DNA of 51,044 nucleotides, taken from the NCBI GenBank assembly GCA_023262495.1, contig JALRAS010000005.1, forward strand, positions 3,672-54,715, read 5' to 3'. The notes under the pieces were generated by a model. The model did no database searches, was not told where the DNA came from, and saw only the letters and a list, made by a program, of their open reading frames with translations. This stretch comes from Bacteroidia bacterium (lineage in GTDB: Bacteria; Bacteroidota; Bacteroidia; UBA4408). Below, piece by piece: positions 8,939 through 16,579 of this stretch (its first letter is position 1; the number at the start of each line of letters is the position of its first letter). The position numbers and the translations under genes are program-made.

Positions 8939-10078
8939 TTATTTCAACAATTGTAATTGCCCAATAACAAGCGCATCAATAATTTCCCAGGGCACATTAG
9001 CTTTTCCAAAATGTCCGTAGGCAGCTGTGCCAATGTAAATAGGTGCTTTTAACCCTAAGGTGCGTATGATACCCTGAGGTGTTAAATCAAACAGTGATTG
9101 AATGGCTTCCTCTATTTTTGATTCATCAATAACTCCTGTTTCATGCGTATTTACATATAAACTTGTTGGTTCCGCTTTTCCTATGGCGTATGACAGCTGA
9201 ATAGTGCACCGAGTGGCAAGGCCTGCCTCAACAATATGTTTGGCAACATATCTTGCTGCATAGGCGGCTGAGCGGTCAACCTTACTCGGATCCTTTCCGC
9301 TAAAAGCACCACCTCCATGCGGGCACGAACCACCATAAGTGTCAACAATAATTTTACGACCTGTAAGGCCTGTATCGCCATGCGGACCTCCAATTGTGAA
9401 GCTACCAGAAGGATTAATCATAATCACCGGATTGCCTTTCAGATCATAAGAACTAATCACCGGATGAATAATTTGCTCGGTAACAAATTTGCTTAATGCA
9501 GCCTGTGAAATGTGTTTCACATGTTGTGTAGACAATACAATGTTTTCGATGGCAACAGGTATATTGTTTTCATACCTGATGGTTACCTGTGATTTGGCAT
9601 CAGGCAATAGTACAGAGTCTTCTTGCATTCTTACTTCCCTTTGTTTTTCCATCAGTTGATGCGCTATCATAATGGGCATAGGCATTAGCGCAGGCGTTTC
9701 TCTACAGGCATAGCCAAACATTATTCCTTGATCACCTGCGCCACCATCGATAACACTGCTGTTAATTTCCGGACTTTGTTCGTGTAGTAAATTGATGTAA
9801 GCGGCATCTGCTTCACTGAATCCAGTAGCACTATCAGTGTAACCAATTTCTTTAATCACTGCTCTTGCTATGGCAATGGCATCAACATGTACTTTTGAGG
9901 TTACTTCACCGGCAATCACCAATTGTCCTGTTGTAATGAGGCATTCGCAGGCTACTTTGGCTTCGGGGTCTTGTGCTAAATAGGCATCTAAAATGGCATC
10001 AGAAATTTGATCGGCTACTTTATCGGGATGTCCGTTTGATACCGATTCGCTTGTAAATTGAAATGTTTTTGTTTTCAT
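8939..10078 (-). CDS. metK: S-adenosylmethionine synthetase (methionine adenosyltransferase), possibly an accessory paralog
   Basis: FTSESV.GHPDK, GAGDQG, GDTGLTGRKIIVDTYG and GGGAFSGKDPSKVDRS motifs. Likely start is ATG 10078 (MKTKTFQFTSES); the alternative is 10108. Confidence 0.97.
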   Translation of the reverse strand: MKTKTFQFTSESVSNGHPDKVADQISDAILDAYLAQDPEAKVACECLITTGQLVIAGEVTSKVHVDAIAIARAVIKEIGYTDSATGFSEADAAYINLLHEQSPEINSSVIDGGAGDQGIMFGYACRETPALMPMPIMIAHQLMEKQREVRMQEDSVLLPDAKSQVTIRYENNIPVAIENIVLSTQHVKHISQAALSKFVTEQIIHPVISSYDLKGNPVIMINPSGSFTIGGPHGDTGLTGRKIIVDTYGGSCPHGGGAFSGKDPSKVDRSAAYAARYVAKHIVEAGLATRCTIQLSYAIGKAEPTSLYVNTHETGVIDESKIEEAIQSLFDLTPQGIIRTLGLKAPIYIGTAAYGHFGKANVPWEIIDALVIGQLQLLK

Positions 10079-10120
10079 GTGTATTGTTTTTAAGTTTTTA
10101 CAATACATCAGTAATGGGAT

Positions 10121-10218
10121 GGCAACATGTTATTTTGACGAAATGTCCGCATCTAACTGCCACCGTGGAGTTGCTACTCTCGGTTGGCACCTTTGCCTAG
10201 GCAAAAGATTCCTGATGT
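10121..10218 (-). promoter_or_regulatory. SAM-I/IV-variant-type riboswitch (copy 1, directly upstream of metK)
   Basis: Minus strand: P1 CATC/GATG; P2 TTTGCC-TA-GGCAAA; P3 TGCCAACCG...CGGTGGCA with the SAM-I-clan asymmetric bulge; P5 GAC/GTC; L3 GCAAC can pair with 3' tail GTTGC (pseudoknot). Confidence 0.8.
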
Positions 10219-10280
10219 AATCAATAAATTAAATGGTTGATTAAGTAATATTTGTTTTAAATTTCATGTGAGTCATTTGG

Positions 10281-10679
10281 TTATACCCTGTAAATGTCGG
10301 CTTCATTTCTTTTGAATCCGGCTAGCACTGTGGACCTGTCATCAGGGCTTTTCATCACAACTTCAAAAAACTTACATGATTTAGGAAGCGCACCAAAAAT
10401 GAGTATAAATGTATGCGTTTTATCAATGGGTAGCAAAGTGCCATTAGGCCAAAAAGTAATGTTTTCGGCATGCAGTAACTTGCTTTTAGGAGAACCCTCA
10501 TCGGTAATTAAATAGGTATTGGGGGTAATGCAGATGTGAAAATCTTTGACATCTGTGATGAGTTCAATGATGACGGTTACCTGCGACTCTCTTAAGGGAA
10601 ATTTGTTGGGGTGTATTTCCATTTTGAGAATCGGCTTTTTTGCCGGTGTTGAATGAGAGGAATTAGATTGACTGTTCAT
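10281..10679 (-). CDS. Conserved hypothetical protein (beta-rich, Bacteroidota-type)
   Basis: 132-aa ORF with SKLLHAENIT, F.LIF..LPK.C..F and RN..DIY motifs, resembling an uncharacterised Bacteroidota family from memory; 6-nt gap to the upstream ORF. Confidence 0.7.
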   Translation of the reverse strand: MNSQSNSSHSTPAKKPILKMEIHPNKFPLRESQVTVIIELITDVKDFHICITPNTYLITDEGSPKSKLLHAENITFWPNGTLLPIDKTHTFILIFGALPKSCKFFEVVMKSPDDRSTVLAGFKRNEADIYRV

Positions 10680-10685
10680 AATTGA

Positions 10686-11036
10686 TTAATTATTTTCAGA
10701 GGTTTGTAAATCTTCTTCCTTCACACATGTCTCTGTTTTCTGTTTTTTGCTCGTTGCTATGTTACTTTTTCGTGCCCTGCTTTTTTCCGATTGAAGATCG
10801 AGCTTTATAAAGCGCCACCTGTAAAATGCAGGCTCCTGAAACTCATAATAACTGAGTCTTGGATTTACAATTTCTTCAAGCTGACATGATTCCGTTGGTA
10901 AAGCTCTAACAGTGTAAACCTTCATGGCCTCAGGAAATTTCATGAACTCGGCATACGCATTATTTTTAAGTACCTCCGAGAAGTCATCATTAATACATAA
11001 GATTTTATCACCTATTTTAAAATTAGGAATTTTCAT
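10686..11036 (-). CDS. Hypothetical protein, SH3/KOW-like small domain of a type common in phages
   Basis: FKIGDKILCINDD...P....VYTVR....LEEIVNP.....F..WRF pattern; AT-rich translation start region. Confidence 0.65.
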   Translation of the reverse strand: MKIPNFKIGDKILCINDDFSEVLKNNAYAEFMKFPEAMKVYTVRALPTESCQLEEIVNPRLSYYEFQEPAFYRWRFIKLDLQSEKSRARKSNIATSKKQKTETCVKEEDLQTSENN

Positions 11037-11233
11037 TGTTATTAAATTTTAGTTAGTAATTATTTGATTTGAAAAAGATGCTCAATAGGTTATGAGCCCG
11101 TGGTGCAAATCAGCAATTTCAGCTGTAATTTGTAACCAAATAACAGGATAACGGATCAACCGTAATGAAAATTAAAATAGTGTTTCATACAACAATTTTT
11201 GTTGCATGCAGGAGTAAAATAAAGTAGGGTAAA

Positions 11234-11333
11234 CTGAACTAATTTTGGCAGTGTGCCCGCATTATTTTTACCACCGTGGTGTTCAACTCGGTTGGCAGTA
11301 GCTCCTTTTTAGGGGAAGCAACTTCTGAATGCA
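11234..11333 (-). promoter_or_regulatory. SAM-I/IV-variant-type riboswitch (copy 2, leader of the unit)
   Basis: Minus strand: P1 GCATT/AATGC; P2 GCTTC...GGAGC; P3 TGCCAACCG...CGGTGGTA; P5 GGCA-CAC-TGCC; L3 TGAAC can pair with 3' tail GTTCA. Covaries with copy 1. Confidence 0.75.
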
Positions 11334-11378
11334 TGGTTAATATTTAGAGAACTTTTTTCGAAATTTCTTTCGATGGCA

Positions 11379-11411
11379 CAAATGTAATTGAAAGAAATTT
11401 AATTAAGCAAA
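11379..11411 (-). promoter_or_regulatory. Bacteroidota -33/-7 promoter (TTTG-N21-TACATTTG) driving the riboswitch/metK unit
   Basis: caaa at 11408-11411 and caaatgta at 11379-11386 on the + strand, with a 21-nt spacer, about 45 nt before riboswitch copy 2. Confidence 0.65.
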
Positions 11412-11673
11412 TAAGATTGAAAAAATTAACAAAAAATGATGAGCGTAGATAAATAGCTGCTTCCCAACCGCGAATATTAACTACAATTATTTTGTGAATG
11501 AATGACTTAATTTTTGAGCTTAGATTAATGAAAGTTAAACATAGCAATTAAGAATGGCTTATAGAAATAAGATTTGCTAGTATTCATGTTAACTTGTCTT
11601 CACTCGAATTGATACAATTGTAAACAATTATTCGCTACCTTTATTTTCCATAAAAAATACACGCACCATTAAT

Positions 11674-12771
11674 ATGAAATACAAAAGAATGCCAATAGAG
11701 GCCGAATCGCCCGAAGAGCTTGGATATGGCAATATTGAATGCAACCTTGCCGAAAGCTCGGTTACTGATACCAATTTCAAAGATCTCGATTTTAATATTA
11801 AAGATATTACCTTGTGCTATGGCGATCACAAAGGTTTGCCTGCTTTGCGCGAATTAATAGCAGCCGATTACGGCCTTCAACCTGAGCATATTATTTTGGT
11901 GCCCGGTGCTGCTGCAGGATTATTCATTGTGGCCACATCACTGCTCAATAAAAATAGTCAGTTACTGGTTGAACGGCCCAACTACGCCACTAATATAGAA
12001 ACACCGCGTTTGTTGGAGTGTGAAATTAATTTTATCGATTTGCACTTTGAAACGCAATACAAGCTCGACTTGTACAGACTTAGCACGATGGTAAAAAGTA
12101 TGCCTTCATTAATCAGTATTACCACCCCACACAACCCCACAGGCAGTGTGCTTACGGAGGAAGAATTAATGGAGGTAGTCGAACTTTCGCGCAGGCATGG
12201 CAGTTATTTACTCGTTGATGAAACATACCGTGAGTTAAGTTTCAACAATCCGCCACCATTGGCAGCAAGTATCAGCGATAACGTTATTTCTGTTTCATCG
12301 GTGAGTAAGGCCTACGGTTTACCCGGTATAAGAATGGGTTGGATTGCATGTAAAAACAAGCATTTGTTGGAAACATTCTTAGCCGCCAAAGAACAGATTT
12401 TTATTTGTAACTCGTTGCTTGATGAGCATGTGGCCTTGCATTATCTGCAGCATAAGCAGCAATTTTTTGCCCCTATCAAGCAGCATATCAACAATAATTT
12501 TAAGGTACTTGAGGAGCACATGAATAGCAGTAAAAATTTAGAATGGGTAAAACCACAGGGAGGTGTAGTATGCTATCCCAGAATTATACCAAGTATTGAT
12601 TACAAAGTATTTTATAAGGAACTCTATCACAAACATAAAACTTTGGTTGGTGCGGGGCATTGGTTCGAAACATCACAAAAATACATGCGCATAGGTTTTG
12701 GTTGGCCCACAAAGGAAGCGCTGCAACAAGGGCTCCATCATATAGAAGCAACTATTGATGGTTTAAAATGA
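11674..12771 (+). CDS. PLP-dependent aminotransferase class I/II
   Basis: PHNPTG, DETY, SVSKAYGLPGIRMGW (PLP lysine) and RIGFG motifs. Confidence 0.9.
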   Translation: MKYKRMPIEAESPEELGYGNIECNLAESSVTDTNFKDLDFNIKDITLCYGDHKGLPALRELIAADYGLQPEHIILVPGAAAGLFIVATSLLNKNSQLLVERPNYATNIETPRLLECEINFIDLHFETQYKLDLYRLSTMVKSMPSLISITTPHNPTGSVLTEEELMEVVELSRRHGSYLLVDETYRELSFNNPPPLAASISDNVISVSSVSKAYGLPGIRMGWIACKNKHLLETFLAAKEQIFICNSLLDEHVALHYLQHKQQFFAPIKQHINNNFKVLEEHMNSSKNLEWVKPQGGVVCYPRIIPSIDYKVFYKELYHKHKTLVGAGHWFETSQKYMRIGFGWPTKEALQQGLHHIEATIDGLK

Positions 12772-12780
12772 TAATTTAAT

Positions 12781-12788
12781 TAAGTTTG
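12781..12788 (+). promoter_or_regulatory. Bacteroidota -7 promoter box (TAAGTTTG) for panB
   Basis: TAnnTTTG match about 30 nt upstream of the ATG. Confidence 0.5.
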
Positions 12789-12819
12789 GCAAATCTTTAC
12801 TCATTAATACATTCTGAAA

Positions 12820-13635
12820 ATGTCAGTTCATAAAGAAGTAAAAAAAGTAACTACCAACACCTTGCAGGAGATGAAGCGCAAAGGAGAAAAAATTGCTATG
12901 CTCACAGCGTACGATTTTTCAATGGCAAAGATCATTGATGCTGCCGGCATAGATGTCATCTTAGTGGGCGACAGTGCCAGTAATGTGATGGCGGGTCATG
13001 AAACTACCTTGCCAATTACATTGGATCAAATGATTTATCATGCGGCCTCTGTAATTAGGGGTGTTGACAGGGCTTTGGTTGTGGTTGATTTGCCTTTTGG
13101 TTCTTATCAGGGCAATTCTAAGGAGGCACTCACTTCAGCCATACGTGTCATGAAAGAGTCGGGAGCGCACGCTGTAAAGATGGAGGGAGGTAAAGAAATT
13201 GAAGAATCAGTAAAACGAATTTTATCTGCCGGTATTCCTGTAATGGGTCACTTGGGTTTAACACCGCAGTCGATTTATAAATTTGGCACCTACAACGTAC
13301 GCGCCAAAGAAGAGGAAGAAGCCAAGCGCTTAATTGAAGATGCACACGTGTTGGAAAAAGCCGGCTGCTTTGCCATTGTGCTCGAGAAGATACCTGCCGC
13401 ATTGGCCACCCAAGCAGCCACAGAAATTTCGGTGCCTATGATAGGGATAGGAGCGGGTAGTGGAGTTGATGGTCAGGTACTCGTATTACATGATATGCTG
13501 GGTTTGAATGTAGGGTTTAATCCAAGGTTTTTAAGACGTTATCTCAATCTATTTGATGACATTAAACAAGCAGTGGGAAGCTATGTGAGCGATGTAAAGG
13601 CAAAAGATTTTCCAAATGCAGGAGAACAATATTAA
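12820..13635 (+). CDS. panB: 3-methyl-2-oxobutanoate hydroxymethyltransferase
   Basis: [33 protein letters not shown] and [14 protein letters not shown] motifs. Confidence 0.97.
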   Translation: MSVHKEVKKVTTNTLQEMKRKGEKIAMLTAYDFSMAKIIDAAGIDVILVGDSASNVMAGHETTLPITLDQMIYHAASVIRGVDRALVVVDLPFGSYQGNSKEALTSAIRVMKESGAHAVKMEGGKEIEESVKRILSAGIPVMGHLGLTPQSIYKFGTYNVRAKEEEEAKRLIEDAHVLEKAGCFAIVLEKIPAALATQAATEISVPMIGIGAGSGVDGQVLVLHDMLGLNVGFNPRFLRRYLNLFDDIKQAVGSYVSDVKAKDFPNAGEQY

Positions 13636-13646
13636 ATAGGCGCTTT

Positions 13647-15581
13647 ATGACCTTAAAAAAATTATTCAGAAAAAAATCTGCCGCGCATATTCTTGAACAA
13701 TTAGATCATGCTAAAGATGAACAAGGAGGTTTGGCTCGGCACCTGGGAGTGCGCGATTTAACAGCATTTGGTATAGCCGCTATCATTGGTGCCGGCATTT
13801 TTAGTACCATTGGCAAAGCAAGTGCCGATGGTGGCCCTGCTGTAATTTTTCTGTTTTTATTTACTGCCTTGGCATGTGGTTTTGCAGCATTTGCTTATGC
13901 AGAATTTGCTTCTATGGTTCCCGTAAGTGGCAGTGCTTATACCTATTCATATGTGGCATTTGGTGAATTCTTCGCATGGATTATTGGTTGGGCACTCATC
14001 ATGGAGTATGCTATCGGAAATATCGTAGTGGCCATTTCTTGGAGCGATTATTTTGTTTCATTGCTCGAGGCAATCAATATTCCCGCATTGGGTATTAGTG
14101 GCATTCATATACCTGAATGGGCAACAATGGATTTCTTTACTGCACGCAACGGATACGAAGAAGGAACAAGGTTATTGGCTGCAGGAAACGTTTTAGATGG
14201 TTCAGCTTTGTCGCAATACAACGCATGGAAATATGCTCCAACATTAGGAAACTTTCATGTGGTGCTTGATATACCGGCTTTGCTCATTATTTTTTTGATA
14301 ACCGCTTTGGTATACAGGGGTATGAAAGAAACGCGCAACGCAGGCAATGCCATGGTGGTGGTTAAACTTGCAGTAGTTTTAGTCATCATTTTTGTGGGGA
14401 TATTTTATGTTGATGTAAATAATTGGCATCCGTTTGCGCCCAACGGTATCAGCGGTATTTTGAAAGGAGTTTCCGCAGTATTTTTTGCCTATATAGGTTT
14501 TGATGCCATCAGCACAACTGCCGAAGAATGTAAAAATCCACAACGCGATTTGCCCAAAGGAATGATGTATGCCATAATCATTTGTACGGTACTTTACATT
14601 GCGGTGGCATTGGTTTTAACAGGTATGGTCAGTTATAAGGAGTTGAATGTGGGAGATCCGCTTGCCTTTGTTTTTGAAAAATTACATTTAACAAAATTAT
14701 CGGGATTGATTTCGGTAAGTGCAGTGGTGGCAATGGCAAGTGTGCTATTGGTTTTTCAAATGGGGCAACCGCGTATTTGGATGAGTATGAGTAAAGATGG
14801 ATTACTCCCAAAGAAGTTTGCGCACATACATCCTAAATATAAAACTCCCGGATTTAGTACTATCATAACAGGTTTTGTAGTGGGTATTCCGGCATTGTTT
14901 ATGGATTTAAGTACAGTGGCCGATATATGTAGTATAGGTACCTTGTTTGCTTTTGTGCTTGTGTGCGCAGGCGTATTAAAATTGCAGTTAGATCCGCATG
15001 CACCCGAAAGAAAATTCAAAACACCTTACATCAATGGGAAGTACATTGTGCCTGCGTTATTTGTGAGCGGTGTATTGATAGCGCTGCTGTTTAACCAAAC
15101 CAATACAATGAACTTTTTGAAGTGGCAAAAATTGAAAGACAGTGAACAAATAATTGCTGCGCTTGATGTGCATGATAAATTTGAGTTGCAGAAGTCGGCT
15201 ATGCAGGATCAACTGATTGATGTTTCACTTTTTAAATCTGCAGATGTTGCTGCTGAAATTATGAACAGCACGGATGCTAATCAGTTGCAATTATTCTTGG
15301 AAAGAAGCCCCATCGATAAAGCAAAATACATGCAAACGGGCTGGGAGGTTTTCAAGCATCAAATTCCTTATTGGATATTTATTTTGATAGCGCTGCTGAT
15401 GTGTTTTTACAGTTATAAACATTCCTTCTCACTTATTCCTGTGTTGGGCATGATGTGTTGTTTGTATATGATGAGTGAGCTGGGTGTTCACAATTGGATT
15501 GGATTTACGGGATGGCTGTTGGTGGGATTGGTGATTTATTTTGGATACGGTTATAGGCACAGTAAGCTGAATGTGAATTAA
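13647..15581 (+). CDS. APC-family amino acid permease (CAT/YfnA-like)
   Basis: IIGAGIF, YAEFAS..P.SGSAYTY, FFAYIGFDA, EE.KNPQRD and SIGTLFAF motifs; multiple TM helices. Confidence 0.92.
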   Translation: MTLKKLFRKKSAAHILEQLDHAKDEQGGLARHLGVRDLTAFGIAAIIGAGIFSTIGKASADGGPAVIFLFLFTALACGFAAFAYAEFASMVPVSGSAYTYSYVAFGEFFAWIIGWALIMEYAIGNIVVAISWSDYFVSLLEAINIPALGISGIHIPEWATMDFFTARNGYEEGTRLLAAGNVLDGSALSQYNAWKYAPTLGNFHVVLDIPALLIIFLITALVYRGMKETRNAGNAMVVVKLAVVLVIIFVGIFYVDVNNWHPFAPNGISGILKGVSAVFFAYIGFDAISTTAEECKNPQRDLPKGMMYAIIICTVLYIAVALVLTGMVSYKELNVGDPLAFVFEKLHLTKLSGLISVSAVVAMASVLLVFQMGQPRIWMSMSKDGLLPKKFAHIHPKYKTPGFSTIITGFVVGIPALFMDLSTVADICSIGTLFAFVLVCAGVLKLQLDPHAPERKFKTPYINGKYIVPALFVSGVLIALLFNQTNTMNFLKWQKLKDSEQIIAALDVHDKFELQKSAMQDQLIDVSLFKSADVAAEIMNSTDANQLQLFLERSPIDKAKYMQTGWEVFKHQIPYWIFILIALLMCFYSYKHSFSLIPVLGMMCCLYMMSELGVHNWIGFTGWLLVGLVIYFGYGYRHSKLNVN

Positions 15582-15679
15582 CTGCAACGCCTGATGAAGT
15601 AATTTTTGGTATTAAAAGCCACACAATAGTTTAGTTTTAAGTTTAAGTTATATATTTGTCCTTATCGGACACGCGCATT

Positions 15680-16387
15680 ATGGTTTTTAAAAAATATCAA
15701 ATCAACATTTTATTTAGTTTTTTTTCATTCATCATCATGTTGACTTTGTGTGCAGGATGCGGTACTTTTACCACTGATGAAATAAACAGTGGGACAATCG
15801 AATACGAAATCAGTTATCCCAACCCTTCGGAAATTACAATGAGTTTGGATTTAATGCCTAAAACTTTGACCTACAGGTTTTCAGAGAATCATACATGCAG
15901 TGAAATTTCAGCGGGTTTAGGTGCGCTTAAAACAAATGTGTTAACCGATTTTAATGAGAAGAAAGTGATACAAACGCTCAACCTGATGGGCAAAAAATAC
16001 AAGGTAGATTTCGATCAAGCAACAATCGATAGCATGTTGCAAGCCGAGCCACCCATCAAAATTGTAACCACTCAAGAAACAAAAAAAATTGCCGGTTATG
16101 ACTGTTACAAGGCTAAATGCACCACCAAAGATGCAGGCGGAGCGCTGATCAACTATGAAGTATACTATACAAAGGCAATCAAGGTGCCCAATCTAAATTG
16201 GTTCAATGCTTATAAAGCCATTGATGGCATGTTGATGGAATACAGGGTTAAGCGTTATGGCATCAATATGGTATTCAAAGCCAAAACAGTTTCTCCTGAT
16301 GGTGCTGATGATAGCGCATTTCAATTAGAAGGTGACTATAAAAGTATTCCTGCTGCTGAAATGGAAAGCTACTTTAAAATGTATTAA
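15680..16387 (+). CDS. Putative lipoprotein, DUF4412/GLPGLI-like
   Basis: CAGC lipobox-like motif and ETKKIAGYDCYKA motif. The TTG at 15656 lies in a TATATTTG promoter box, so ATG 15680 is preferred. Confidence 0.65.
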   Translation: MVFKKYQINILFSFFSFIIMLTLCAGCGTFTTDEINSGTIEYEISYPNPSEITMSLDLMPKTLTYRFSENHTCSEISAGLGALKTNVLTDFNEKKVIQTLNLMGKKYKVDFDQATIDSMLQAEPPIKIVTTQETKKIAGYDCYKAKCTTKDAGGALINYEVYYTKAIKVPNLNWFNAYKAIDGMLMEYRVKRYGINMVFKAKTVSPDGADDSAFQLEGDYKSIPAAEMESYFKMY

Positions 16388-16548
16388 ACACTTTGCTTAT
16401 CAGTAATTAGTTTAACGAGTCATACTTAATTGGTTGGGTGTATGTCCAAACAATATCTATCTCCTGTACCCAAAAAGTAATGTTGTATTGTTTTCAAATT
16501 GGGATAAATTAACACCACAATGAAACTAAAAATTAATCACTTGTGTTT

Positions 16549-16556
16549 TACCTTTG
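16549..16556 (+). promoter_or_regulatory. Bacteroidota -7 promoter box (TACCTTTG) for the AsmA-like gene
   Basis: TAnnTTTG match about 24 nt upstream of the ATG. Confidence 0.55.
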
Positions 16557-16579
16557 TATAACAATCAAAATTATCAGCA

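Noticed and set aside
11156-11188. Short ORF MKHYFNFHYG between riboswitch copy 2 and the first gene, as a possible leader peptide
   Set aside because: Ten codons with no Met/Cys enrichment; expected by chance in AT-rich DNA.
11344-11547. 67-aa minus-strand ORF
   Set aside because: AT-rich intergenic sequence overlapping the predicted promoter, with a non-ATG start and no motif.
8410-11670. metK unit as a prophage or integrative element
   Set aside because: I found no integrase, transposase, tRNA target or flanking direct repeats. Horizontal origin remains only an inference.
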